DNA of 63,011 bases, counting the filler, from Globobulimina sp. (Eukaryota), in NCBI GenBank assembly GCA_003354225.1. It is 42 parts of 42 records of this genome, joined end to end, with 100 filler letters (N's around TTAATTAATTAA, not from the genome) between each part and the next. Parts side by side here need not be neighbours in the genome. Positions count along the whole stretch, not along the records: positions 51,096 to 52,497 come from PIVH01017264.1; positions 52,598 to 53,999 come from PIVH01017265.1; positions 54,100 to 55,501 come from PIVH01017266.1; positions 55,602 to 57,003 come from PIVH01017267.1; positions 57,104 to 58,505 come from PIVH01017268.1; positions 58,606 to 60,007 come from PIVH01017269.1; positions 60,108 to 61,509 come from PIVH01017270.1; positions 61,610 to 63,011 come from PIVH01017271.1; 34 more parts are not named here. One strand, given 5' to 3'. Position 1 is the stretch's first letter. Each line of letters begins with the position of its first letter. The position numbers were made by a program, and so were the translations under genes. The notes below the pieces were generated by a model. The model did no database searches and was not told where the DNA came from. It was given only the letters and a program-made list of their open reading frames with translations. This document shows, in pieces, positions 50,996 to 62,466 of the stretch.

Positions 50996-51729
50996 NNNNN
51001 NNNNNNNNNNNNNNNNNNNNNNNNNNNNNNNNNNNNNNNTTAATTAATTAANNNNNNNNNNNNNNNNNNNNNNNNNNNNNNNNNNNNNNNNNNNNTAATG
51101 AGACCCGAATAATAATTTGTAAAATTTAAATGAAGATTTAAAACAAAGTGACATTTAAAAGCACTCATTTTTGTATTTTTGTTGGTTTCCGTAATTCGTT
51201 GTACAATAATATCGAAAAAGAGGATTAAAATTGAGGTCATTCAAACAAAAAAAATCGACATCACCAATAGAAATTCAATGCAAATAATACACAAAAAAAC
51301 AAAATGTAAATTAAAAAAAAACTTTTCTGAAATGTCAAGTCTTTTCTGAAATGTCAAGTCTTTTTATTTATCTCCTAAACAAATAACTAACAATGGATTA
51401 TCTGTTTCATTCATTCCATGTCTAAATAGCGTTTTTGACGATGCTTGATCCGTTTCTGTATCTTCTTATCCGTGTTTTTGTGCAATTAAGTCTTGCAATT
51501 GATGGAGTGTCTGCATATTGTGGGTCGGCGATTGTCAACAAATAAATTCATAATATTATCAGATGTTATGTTAGGTTTATACTAATTATCTCATTTGAGA
51601 CGAACCGCATTGATTTGACATCTTTTGGATCTGAACGTTAGAGTGATTCAACCGGTTCTGTAGGGTCTCTGCCTTTCCAATCCTTTGAATATCACTGTTT
51701 GTTTATTTATCATTACGAACACATTATAT

Positions 51730-51814
51730 AAGAGCATCCGGTTTTCAACGTCTGAGAAACGAAGGCATCTACCTTACCCCAATAAAAATCTGACGCTGAA
51801 AACCGGATGCTCTT
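51730..51814. repeat. 23-bp inverted repeat (hairpin), 39-nt loop
   Basis: AAGAGCATCCGGTTTTCAACGTC / GACGCTGAAAACCGGATGCTCTT, one mismatch. Confidence 0.9.
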
Positions 51815-52183
51815 TATATTATTTATACATACGTACGATGATCCAGCTGGATACAACATGGCTCAGCTGAAATAGCTGTTGTTCTACCTTCATATCTCAA
51901 TTGTAATGATGTTTTCGTAAACTTTTCTTTTTGTTTTTTTTATTATCCTACTTTTTTTCTCTTGTTTTTTTTATATTTATATATTGATGTTGTGTGAAAT
52001 TTGTGTGCATGTCTGTCTGACGATTGTTAAAGACACATGGTTATTTAACTAAGGGCTTTTTAAAAGTCAGTGGATTTGTCATAAATTTATATTTAAATTT
52101 CGTTTCTCCTAATTCTCCTGTACTGAACAAAAAAAAATGTTGTGGCAAGATACTGTACTGAACAAAAAAAACACATTTAAACC

Positions 52184-52497
52184 ATGGGCAACATCCAGTT
52201 CCAAGATCATGTGGACATTTCTTCCTGGGAAGTTGGAGATCGCATGGCAGCAATTTGTTGTGCTGTAAACCTTTTAATATTCACACCAATTATGTCAATT
52301 TATGCATATAAATACAGCAAACGGCGAAATCAAAGCAAATATATACGGTTTTATCAGACACGAAATGTCAAGTTGCTAAAATTTTGGTTCTTAATAAATT
52401 TTTATTACATATCTGCTCATGTTTTATTATTAACAGTTATTCAATTTCATTTTCGTGGATCAAACTTTGCATATTATTTTAGTGATTTTGCCGTCAT
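52184..52497 (+). CDS. Membrane protein N-terminus, partial
   Basis: ATG followed by two hydrophobic helices. Confidence 0.45.
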
Positions 52498-52604
52498 NNN
52501 NNNNNNNNNNNNNNNNNNNNNNNNNNNNNNNNNNNNNNNNNTTAATTAATTAANNNNNNNNNNNNNNNNNNNNNNNNNNNNNNNNNNNNNNNNNNNNGGT
52601 TAAC

Positions 52605-52943
52605 CTAAATCGTATCATCTTCCGACACAGGAGAATGTCCGCCATGCACCAATTGCGTGCGTAGTTTTTCTCGTGCCATTAATTTGGTTTGAACCGCTTC
52701 TGGCAACTCGGTGAACAAAATAGTGTTCTTCTTCACCAGCAATTGAATCAAGTCTTCTGTCACCCTGGCAATGTCGGCGTCAGAATCCTGCAATACCAGG
52801 TGCACATCTTTTTCAACCCCTTCACTTTCGATGAACGCGACCACTTCGGGGTGATTGGCTGGCAAATATTCTGTGCTTTCATTCGGCTCTGAGTTTAACA
52901 AACCGACAATTTTGTTATCTGAACTACGTAATATATATGGCAT
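52605..52943 (-). CDS. Small proteobacterial protein of the family often annotated 'tryptophan synthase subunit beta-like' (T1SS/adhesin-cluster neighbour)
   Basis: MPYILR...HPEVVAF...LQDSDADIARVTEDLIQLLVKKNTILFTELPEAVQTKLMAREKLR; intronless, higher GC. Confidence 0.75.
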   Translation of the reverse strand: MPYILRSSDNKIVGLLNSEPNESTEYLPANHPEVVAFIESEGVEKDVHLVLQDSDADIARVTEDLIQLLVKKNTILFTELPEAVQTKLMAREKLRTQLVHGGHSPVSEDDTI

Positions 52944-53343
52944 ATTCTTTCATGTTGAGACAATTACCCATTGAATATTCTTCATCTGTACATAGGTCAT
53001 GCATTAAGTTATGACAGTTTGAATCAACTGAACACCAAAAACATGCATTATCCTTTTGATTTCTTGTTTGCTCTCTTCTTTATATAATGAAAATAAAATA
53101 AATTAATTATACCTCACCTCAACACATGACAAGCAACGATCATATATACTGCAATCATAAAATGTTGTGTTGCTTGTTGACATTTGCAGACAGTATTCGG
53201 TCTTTTCTGTAGTCTGTACACTGTTGTTGTACAGAAATAAATATAAACTTAGTTTGTTTCAAATCATTCTGGCAATGCAATTTTAAAAAAAAAACAGCTT
53301 AGTATAAAATTGTGTTAGAATCTAACCCAATTGCAATCAAATA

Positions 53344-53987
53344 ATGGGTATCGATTTAGAAAAACAAAAAAGAGGCAGACGCAAATTGACAAGGCGTCGT
53401 AGGCCAAAATCAACAAATATTTATTTAAAATTGTTGCACGATTTATATTCATTTTTATCAAGAAGAACCACCAGCAAATTTAATAAAGCAATCGCAAAAA
53501 GATTAGTAATGTCTCGTAATCATCGACCTGTTGTGTCGTTAAGTCGCGTTGCTTTGACTTATAAAAAAAGATTACAAACATCCAATAAGAACTGTAATAA
53601 TGATTTAATTATTGTGACTGTGGCCGATGTGACTGACGATGTGCGCATATTAACCGTACCAAATGGCGTTAAAGTATGTTGTTTAAAAATATCCCAATCA
53701 GCAAGAAAAAGAATAATTGAAGCAGGTATTTTATTTATTTTATCCTTGCACTGCACTGCAACTCATAAAATAAATAAATAGGTGGCGAGGTATTAACTTT
53801 TGATGAATTAGCATTAAGAGAGCCGTTAGGAAAAAACACACATTTATTGAGAGGACCATTAAAAGCCAGAAAGGCGTTCCGTTATTTCAATGGAAAACCA
53901 AGAGTAAGAAGTGAAGGAAGGAAATTTGACAAAGGAAAATTGCATGGCCACATTAAAAGGAATAAAAAATATAGAAAAGTCAACTAA
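53344..53987 (+). CDS. RPL18: 60S ribosomal protein L18 (eL18); intron 53726-53781
   Basis: MGIDL...[22 protein letters not shown]...[34 protein letters not shown]. Confidence 0.95.
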
Positions 53988-54573
53988 TCACTAAAGTACN
54001 NNNNNNNNNNNNNNNNNNNNNNNNNNNNNNNNNNNNNNNNNNNTTAATTAATTAANNNNNNNNNNNNNNNNNNNNNNNNNNNNNNNNNNNNNNNNNNNNT
54101 CATCAGGAGTTTTAAGGGGGTTGTTTCAAAGACTTGTGATTAAGAATATTTCCTATAGAAATGATCCTGTACAAGTATTTCCTTAAAGAATAATATTTTC
54201 TCATTTGCTAACTCCACTTCCATCCCATTCCCATCAAATATCTATATATTCCATGCAAATCAATTCCATTTATGGTACGGTATTATATTATATCCAATTC
54301 AGTTCAGTTCCAATCACAAATAACTCACTTAATGCTGCTCCATCTGATCTGATCTGATCTGATCTATTATGTTATGTGTTTTAAATTCAGTGTTGAGTGT
54401 GCCATGTTTGACTGTTTTGTTTTTGAGTAAAAAATAAATGATTCACACAAATTTACACGGATTGGCTGCAGCTAGCTGGCTATTTAATTTATGGATAATG
54501 CCCGGCCCGGCCCGGCCTGTGATGTCTGCAAATTGCTGATGCAAAAATTAAAAAAATAAACTTTGTGTTGACT

Positions 54574-54768
54574 CGACTCAGATAGGATTTAAACCTATAT
54601 CTATGTGGACTATACCAACAACATTTGGTTGTGTATTATATTTAAGGTGTTGGTAAACAAATTGCTTTTAAACTTGGTTACGTTTTTTCATATTGAGAAA
54701 AGGTTGGTTGTTGGGGGGACACAGCCGAAGCTGCAGACACACGCTCTATCAAATTGAGCTACTGAGTC
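54574..54768 (-). tRNA. tRNA or tRNA-like gene (anticodon GCA, Cys-type) with 121-nt intron at 54610-54730
   Basis: Acceptor stem GACTCAG/CTGAGTC, D arm GCTC-AATTTGATA-GAGC, CT-GCA-G, T arm ATAGG-TTTAAAT-CCTAT, downstream T-run; degenerate D and T loops. Confidence 0.65.
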
Positions 54769-55182
54769 TTGTATCTATTTATTATATTTCTTGTGTATAA
54801 CATAATTATTGATGCGATGCGCTATATATGTTGCTATCGAATGGCACACAAATATTTATGGTATGCATATGCCACTGCTTCGTATACATTCTTTGAAATC
54901 AAATCAAATCAAAATGTAATACATATATTATTTGCAATTGATTCATTATAAAATTAAATAATTAAAAATGTATATTATAAATAAAATTAATTGCAATTGG
55001 ATCGATGATATCGAATCGATCTGATTAAATTCAACGGATTGAGAATCGAATTTGATTGGTATTAAAATGATTGTTATTGTTATTGTTATTGTTTACTATG
55101 AATATATGATATCGATATCCATCATTGTACATTGTGTAACTGTAACAACAATAAAATTATATGCACTGTAAAATGTTCATCA

Positions 55183-55501
55183 TCAATTCAAGTGGCTCCA
55201 TTGTTCATTGTTAAATACAGGATCGATCCGATCGACCGACTCGCAAACTTGCAATTGAGTTGCCATTGCCATGCTGGATGATGCAAAATGTTTTCTTGTG
55301 ACTGACTGCATTTTATTCAACATTTTTAATTTAAACAAGATCAGATGGATTAAACCATAAGCATTTTGCAGTAAATTGAATAATGTATAAATATACATCA
55401 ATATTATGCAGTTTAAAACAAGAAGAAAGCTGCAAGTGATATTAACTTGAGACAAAACATATTTGGATTGGTTTGCGTCAACATCATTCCTTATTAACAC
55501 C
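55183..55501 (-). CDS. 3' end of a hypothetical gene with in-frame intron
   Basis: Open frame with a GT-AG segment at about 55370-55447. Confidence 0.3.
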
Positions 55502-55601
55502 NNNNNNNNNNNNNNNNNNNNNNNNNNNNNNNNNNNNNNNNNNNNTTAATTAATTAANNNNNNNNNNNNNNNNNNNNNNNNNNNNNNNNNNNNNNNNNNN
55601 N

Positions 55602-55942
55602 CTTCCTGAGAATTTTGAAGAAATAACGCGTTTTCTGCCATTTTTTGAGCAAATAGTACCAAATGCAGCTGAAATGCTGCAAACCATAATTTCTAAAAAG
55701 TAATGATATTGCAAAAAAGATGAAATTACTAAAATTGTGTAATCTGGATTATCTTTTCCATCTTTTTTGACTAAAAATACAAAATACCACAGTTTTTCAA
55801 TAATTATTCCAATTTCTACCCTTTCGAAAATCGTAATATCAGCAATATTGATAAAAGCATGAAATGTTGTATTAGCTAATACGTGCAGATTCTGTATCCA
55901 TGTGACGAGGAGAGAGCTCTTAGAAGTAGACTTATCATACAT
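55602..55942 (-). CDS. Hypothetical membrane protein, partial
   Basis: ATG and hydrophobic segments; frame open to the contig edge. Confidence 0.3.
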
Positions 55943-56091
55943 TGCGAATAATCGTCAAGGGGTTGTGTATTTGTTGAAATTTATAATTATAAGCACATAA
56001 CTTAGGTCTAATTATAATAAAGTATAAAATAAAAATAAATTAGATCTAATTCTCTTATATATAGAACAGAAATTATCACAAAACAAACAAT

Positions 56092-56964
56092 TCATTTAAA
56101 CACTTGAGGACCGGCTGTAATACATACAGTTGAAAGACTACATTTATCTGCAGCAGTCTTAGTAGTCTTACTCCCAGGACCAATAAGGGCGAAATACGAT
56201 AGCCGAGCTGTATCCCATTTTCTTAAGCAATTAAAACAAAATTCATGTGGACAGCATAAACAGGACATATGCTTACATTCACTTGCATATTCCAATACAG
56301 TTTTACATTCAGGACATGCTCTCACTTGTGGTACTTTGCTACCTACATTCGCAACAGTCCAACAATCAGGTTTTATCTGCTCACACTTTGCTAAGATAGC
56401 ATTTAATTGCGCGCCCATACAATTATCATTGCCGCAAATCGGTCCTAATCCAGCTGCTTTCCATATACCGCGACACGCCCAGCACCAATCAACATTATTA
56501 CATTGGACACATCGCACTCGCCATATTTTCACATCATCTGGTTTTTCCGTAGTCGCACCGCAATGAGGGCAATTTCTTGAACCGGATAGGCGATTATCAA
56601 TAATCTTTGTGTATTTTCCAATCTCTATATCGGAACAATCAGCCACTGCAAATATTTGTGGCCACAGCCATTCTCTCTGCACTTCACTTCCTGTACACAA
56701 CTTCTGTGGTGTTGGACAAAATAACTTCGTCGATTTATAATCTTTCTCAAATAAACTCTTCATATATCTCCACATTGTATCTGATGCAATGGCACATCCG
56801 CATGGCATCTCTGCGCGCGGTATTCCATCGGCATCAATATAACCCATAATACAGTCTGCTTTCGATGTGCGTTTAATTAATGTTTTATGCTTCTTTCTTC
56901 TCAATTTACGTTTTCTATATTGATCGATATCAGCATCGCCCCCATCGTATTTAGCCTCAGCCAT
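56092..56964 (-). CDS. RBR/IBR-type E3 ubiquitin ligase-like zinc-finger protein
   Basis: RAEMPCGCAI, CPHCG..CVQC..WCWAC, RACPEC...CKHMSCLCCPHEFCFNCL. Confidence 0.82.
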   Translation of the reverse strand: MAEAKYDGGDADIDQYRKRKLRRKKHKTLIKRTSKADCIMGYIDADGIPRAEMPCGCAIASDTMWRYMKSLFEKDYKSTKLFCPTPQKLCTGSEVQREWLWPQIFAVADCSDIEIGKYTKIIDNRLSGSRNCPHCGATTEKPDDVKIWRVRCVQCNNVDWCWACRGIWKAAGLGPICGNDNCMGAQLNAILAKCEQIKPDCWTVANVGSKVPQVRACPECKTVLEYASECKHMSCLCCPHEFCFNCLRKWDTARLSYFALIGPGSKTTKTAADKCSLSTVCITAGPQVFK

Positions 56965-57103
56965 ACCACCAATAACATGGAAGCCAACAACCAGCGGAAC
57001 GCCNNNNNNNNNNNNNNNNNNNNNNNNNNNNNNNNNNNNNNNNNNNNTTAATTAATTAANNNNNNNNNNNNNNNNNNNNNNNNNNNNNNNNNNNNNNNNN
57101 NNN

Positions 57104-57452
57104 ATAGATTGGGATTGGAAAAGTGAATGAGTGGCATGATGGAATTCGGGAACCACATTGCTTTCAAACAATGCATGAGAATTATTCAAATTTGCACATC
57201 AAACAAATATCTTTGGGTTCGGACCATACTGTAATGTTAACACAATTTAATAATCGAATCATAACATTTGGTGGTAATGAACATCGACAATGTTCGCCAA
57301 ATGATGAAAGTGCTAAAATATTGTTTCCACATTTTTTGCAATATGACGAAATTGGCTTAAAATCTGCACAGCAATATCATCGAATTGTTGCTGGGACCAA
57401 AACAACTGTTGTTATATTATCTAATGAGTCTGACAATCGTTCGTCTTTGTAA
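57104..57452 (+). CDS. RCC1-repeat protein C-terminus
   Basis: ISLGSDHTVML...FGGNEHRQCS; similar to the C-terminus of the 1719-2882 protein. Confidence 0.8.
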
Positions 57453-57586
57453 AAACGTATTATTTTGATGAAATTTTACAAGTTTTGAAGTAGTCAAGTT
57501 CGCACTATCATGATCTGGTGCGATTGACCCAAACCCAAAAATATTTCTAGCTTGGAACGTCGTAGGATTAAACATGCAAAAAAAGT

Positions 57587-57616
57587 TAACTACTAACTAC
57601 TAACTACTAACTACTA
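57587..57616. repeat. (TAACTAC)4 microsatellite
   Basis: Seen directly. Confidence 0.85.
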
Positions 57617-57804
57617 TCATGGCAACTTGCTGATCATAAGAATTCATAGTAATCGCATACAGTCTTCACAAGTGTTAGGAGTTCACACTCGATCTGATAA
57701 CAAGGATTCATCAGTGAACTGTATCATATTCTTAACAAAGTTAGCCAAAAGCGTTAGTCTTCAAATAAGAACACAATAAGAAGCTATATTTATTGGTAAA
57801 AAAA

Positions 57805-58505
57805 ATGGCTACATACGTAAACGTCGCGAACAAGAAAAATAACAATAACAATAATGGTGGCATTGTGGGCGTAGAGAATTTTAGACGGCATAAAGGGGAT
57901 AGAAACATACCATCACAAAATAATATATCGCGTATTGAAGAAGCAAGGAATTACAACAAACGGAAATCAAGAAATGAGCATAAAAAATTAGATTTAATCT
58001 TCGATAAATTTGATATCAATGTCCCTTTTTTTGAAAGAATGTATTACCGCATTATTGGCGGACGAGTGGGAATCACGATATATTTCATGAACATGCAGAA
58101 GGATAAAGGTAAATATTTAAATAATCCGATGAAATATGATATAAACATAGCGAATATATTCCCAATTTGGAAGAGAATGAAGGTTTGGTGCAGAGGGCAA
58201 GGACGAAGGAGAAACTGTGCAGACAAATTCGCGGAACTTACGTTTTCGTGGGACAATGAGAGTATGATATGGTGGAGTCGGCAGTTTATAGTTTGGAAGA
58301 ATTCATTGTGTTATTCAGACAATTCCATAGTGAGTTACATAAAAAAAGAAGTCTACGCAATTACGCGCTAACTAAGGCGCTTGGAACTGACTTCAATGTG
58401 AATATAAGCCGAAGGCGTTACGATGCACCGCAATTAGCTAAATTTGTGTGCAACAACGCATTCATAACCACACAGTTTAATGATTCGAGAGCGTATGAAG
58501 ACGAT
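57805..58505 (+). CDS. Hypothetical basic protein; two overlapping frames linked at an A7 run
   Basis: ORFs 57793-58371 and 58269-58505 overlap in -1 register. Confidence 0.4.
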
Positions 58506-58879
58506 NNNNNNNNNNNNNNNNNNNNNNNNNNNNNNNNNNNNNNNNNNNNTTAATTAATTAANNNNNNNNNNNNNNNNNNNNNNNNNNNNNNNNNNNNNNN
58601 NNNNNTTCTAATGTGAATTCTCTCTCCCACGCTGCTGCTAAGCCTAATAATGCTACGATTGCTTTCATTGTTGCTACTTTGCTGGGTGTCTTTTTGGTGA
58701 TAAACTAAGGATAAGAGAAGGATGAGAGAAAGTGTTGTGGTGTTTTTGGTTTGGAGTTTTAAAAACTTTTTGCTTCGTTGACAGTAGAAATTACAAGAAT
58801 CAATTGTTTTAATATTATTATTTTTATGTTGTGTTGTTGTGTGTATACCGAAACGTTTTTGGTACTGTTTCGTGTTATA

Positions 58880-59857
58880 TCAAAATAAGCGCGAACCTGG
58901 ACAGTCAAATGCTTTGAGATTCAATATTTCTGGGTTTGATTCATGGAATCCCCTCAATGTGTATGTCATGATAAATTTCAATAATTTGTATTCCACTGTG
59001 TTATTATAGATATGTGCTTTGTGTTCCATGTTCCTTTCTATTTGCTTTAAAATTACTCTCTTCAAAGTTTGAGCCCACACCATTTTATCTTCTCCATATT
59101 CATCAACACGTATCCGCTGCCAATATTGCTGTGAGTTTATACATAAAACATTTTCCACCGGTTTCGCCAAAATATCTGGCTGTCCATTTCTTACTAGTTT
59201 TTGTAAAACAACGTCAGGCGAACACATTTCGGCGTAGATACTCCATGCAATTGAAACTAATCCATGAATATTACACAAATGATTCCATGCAGCATCAGCA
59301 GGATAGACATCCCATGATTTATTAAGAAGCTCTGCCGAATTATGCACGCTCGGTTCAATCAAATCCATGCTAAAATTGTGCATATTCACTGTATTATCCA
59401 ATCCCATTAAATAAAAGTTCCAAAGACTACCATTTGCAGTATCTTTCTCAACAAAAATAGACTCTTCATTCAAACCTGCAAACAGCACACCATTATCATT
59501 TACCACAGCTAATGGAACAAATAGTTGCTGCAGGAAACGAAAAACAAAGCGCATCGCATGCAATTCACGATTATACACACCCAAACTTGCAATAAATCCA
59601 CCAAAATCACTGTCCGCCATCAAATCAACCAAATTTCCATCTTTATACTTTTTGTATACCAACACAACTGAGTTTGCATCATGTGACAGTTCAGAAATAT
59701 CGTAGATAGGAACAAAATAATGTGCTTTAAAAGCATTGTACTGATTGTATGCAGCAATAATTTCTTCTTTGTAATCTAATGATGCTATTTGCAGAATAAC
59801 AGGATATTGACGGTCTTGATTATGTCTTATTATTATTATTATTTTATTTGTCAGCAA
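58880..59857 (-). CDS. Protein kinase-like (probable pseudokinase), upstream exon likely
   Basis: VVLVYKKYKDGNLVD, NDNGVLFAGLNEESIFV, FYLMGL occupy kinase subdomain V-VII positions without HRD or DFG. Confidence 0.55.
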   Translation of the reverse strand: MLTNKIIIIIRHNQDRQYPVILQIASLDYKEEIIAAYNQYNAFKAHYFVPIYDISELSHDANSVVLVYKKYKDGNLVDLMADSDFGGFIASLGVYNRELHAMRFVFRFLQQLFVPLAVVNDNGVLFAGLNEESIFVEKDTANGSLWNFYLMGLDNTVNMHNFSMDLIEPSVHNSAELLNKSWDVYPADAAWNHLCNIHGLVSIAWSIYAEMCSPDVVLQKLVRNGQPDILAKPVENVLCINSQQYWQRIRVDEYGEDKMVWAQTLKRVILKQIERNMEHKAHIYNNTVEYKLLKFIMTYTLRGFHESNPEILNLKAFDCPGSRLF

Positions 59858-60164
59858 TTAAATTTATGAAACAAAGTACTGTAAATTACACAACATACAT
59901 TTTTAACGCGTTCCATCGAGAATAATGCTTTGTTCTTAATATCTAATCTTTAATTACTTAGATACAACTTTTAAAAGAAAAAATTGTATCGCCATGAAAA
60001 ACACTACNNNNNNNNNNNNNNNNNNNNNNNNNNNNNNNNNNNNNNNNNNNNTTAATTAATTAANNNNNNNNNNNNNNNNNNNNNNNNNNNNNNNNNNNNN
60101 NNNNNNNCCCTGGCCAAAATCGAGCATGGGCTGTGGATCACGGATAATGATATTTCCCACCAGT

Positions 60165-60355
60165 GGCCCGTTGCATAAACGTGCTATGTTGCTTAGTGCA
60201 TAGTCCTTAGTAAGCAGTGCGTATTATGCACAAAAAGCGTTGCATAAAAGTACTTAGAATAAAAGTGCTGAGTTGCTGGGTTGCGTAGTAAAAAAGTGCT
60301 GGGTTGCGCAGTAAAAAAGTGCTGAGTTGCATAGTAAAAACTGCTGGGTAGAGCT
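60165..60355. mobile_element. Probable Harbinger terminus with subterminal repeats
   Basis: GGCCCGTTGCATAAA followed by about 4 copies of AAAAGTGCTG[AG]GTTGC..AGT downstream of the transposase. Confidence 0.5.
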
Positions 60356-60626
60356 AAACTGTGCCAAGTGGTTTGTTGTGCTCTCTTTTGTGTGATTTTT
60401 ATTTGGTTGACCCTATTCTCCTACAATTTCTCAATTTCTCTCTTTCACCCTTTTGTAATTCACCACAATGACAAAACAAATGCAAGAAGAAAATGCTTAT
60501 AAACTCATTAATTTAGATTCAGTTATGTTTTGTGTTAATTACATTTGTTTTGGTTTGGTTAAGAAGCACATAAAACTTTCTTTATACCTATATGGTAAAA
60601 TGAACAAAACTTCAAAAACAACAAAT

Positions 60627-61358
60627 TTAAGCAAATGTTTGAACAATTTCTTGTAATCGCCCTCGCGCATCAGCATTTGGTGGACCATCGTCGTCATCGT
60701 GTTCATCATTTTCGTTTTCATTTTCATCACAATCATCTTCCTCATCATTATGAGGGGGTTGGTAGCGACGGATGTTGTGCAGAACACAGCAACATTTGAT
60801 CACTGCACATGCTTTGACAGGGTTCAGCCGCATGTAATCAATGCAGGGGTACTCTTCTTTCAGAATGCCAAAAGTGTTTTCGACAAGTCGGCACGTTTTC
60901 TTGTGTAAAATGTTGTATCGCTGTTGTGCGAGAGTTTGCGGTGCTGCTATTGGAGTCATAAGCCATCGCTTAAGTCCATAACCTGAATCACTAAGTAATA
61001 CAGCATTGGGAAAGGGTCGCCAACCAGCTTCAAGTCATTGAAATAGGGTGCTGTTTCATAATACACGAGAATCAGCCACACTTCCAGGCCACCGAGCACT
61101 TACATAAAGAATTCTATAATCAGGGCCACAAACAGCAAGAACATTGATTGAATGGTCTCCCTTTCTATTTACGAATTGGTGTTCATTTTCACTTGGGGCC
61201 ATAATGGGAACATGTGTGCCATCAATGCAACCTAAAATCAACACTGATCTGACAGCAGCTCTATGTGCCATTATATGATTAGAAAGATTGTAGAAATGAG
61301 TCTTAGTCGGTGAAAATGTTTGTGTCAATTCAGTGTATATGGCAAGCTTTCCATACAT
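60627..61358 (-). pseudogene. PIF/Harbinger (HARBI1-like, DDE_Tnp_4) transposase pseudogene
   Basis: GCIDGTHVPI, VNRKGDHSINV, WPGSVADSRVL, DSGY, VENTFGILK; two in-frame TGA stops. Confidence 0.9.
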
Positions 61359-61609
61359 GATACTGTTACTATATATGGTAACACTTCAAAGTGGTATGTT
61401 ACCATAGTGGTTACCATCTCAATTCATATGTTATCATATGCAAGTGTTACCATACAGGGTCGAGAAAAAATGTCATTTTTGACTTTCTTGAATACGCTTT
61501 TACTTTTTTNNNNNNNNNNNNNNNNNNNNNNNNNNNNNNNNNNNNNNNNNNNNTTAATTAATTAANNNNNNNNNNNNNNNNNNNNNNNNNNNNNNNNNNN
61601 NNNNNNNNN

Positions 61610-62393
61610 TTTCAACAATTTCACCAATGTTTTGAGAGTGTGCTTCAATATTTTTTGTGGTGCAATATCAATTTTGGTGATGGTGACAAAGAGCGGTATG
61701 GACAAAGCAATGGCGACTTGAATGTGTTCGCGCGTCATTTTGGATATACCCATATTGGCACCGACTACAATAAATGCATAATCCGGAAAACATCCGGTTA
61801 AACCACTTATGGTCGTTTTTAAATATTTTTCATGTCCGGCGAGGTCTATAAATGTGACAATCTTTGCAGAGGAATTAAACACAGTGCTCCATGCTAATGT
61901 TTTTTGTTTTGGTGTGGCAGAGATGGCTATCGGTTGATGGATTGGCTTTTTTTTGAGTGAAAATCCTAAAATGTGTTGACTTGAACCTTTGAGAAAATAT
62001 AACAGAAATTTCTGTTTTCTAATAAGAAAATTATTGAATATTTACTTAACATGATGTGCGACCATTGGATTTTTCATGACTGTGTCGTAATATTCGTGAC
62101 CGCGCAGAACCTCTGCCATCATCACATTCGCCAGATGTTAACACTCCGATCATGGTCGATTTGCCAGAGTCCACATTTCCAATCACCGCAATGCGCACAT
62201 CCTGAGGTATTTTGCGGCTGCAATTCTTTTCTTCCTCATTTTGATTTGTTGTTTCGTGTATTTTATCTTTCTTTTTCTTTTTATTCAAATGTATATGCGA
62301 CTGCTTCTTCTTTATAGCTATGTCCTGGTCTAGTTTGTCTATCTTATTATGTAGCTCTTTATTGGTTGCATTGCCGTTGGTTTCTTGGGCCAT
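61610..62393 (-). CDS. GTP-binding protein 1/2 (translational GTPase); intron 61987-62050; partial
   Basis: [16 protein letters not shown]...[37 protein letters not shown]. Confidence 0.93.
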
Positions 62394-62466
62394 TTGTAAT
62401 AACTTATTTTATACTAAAAAAAATAGCATAATTTGTAGCTGAAGTTTTGGAAAAACTCTTTAAACA

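Noticed and set aside
51322..51365. 19-bp perfect tandem duplication CTTTTCTGAAATGTCAAGT
   Set aside because: Only two copies and no spacer; an ordinary slippage duplication
54343..54520. (GATCT)n and GCCCGGCCCGGCCCGGC short repeats
   Set aside because: Simple-sequence repeats with no further structure
60960..61060. In-frame TGA codons in the Harbinger ORF (and in the sulfatase) as stop-codon reassignment or selenocysteine
   Set aside because: Both genes show other decay, and TGA terminates intact genes elsewhere (e.g. the YjbQ and DUF4419 genes)
1405..61609. Regularly spaced TTAATTAATTAA repeat (CRISPR-like or periodic array)
   Set aside because: Artificial linker embedded in N runs; ORFs ending in X...LIN are artefacts of it
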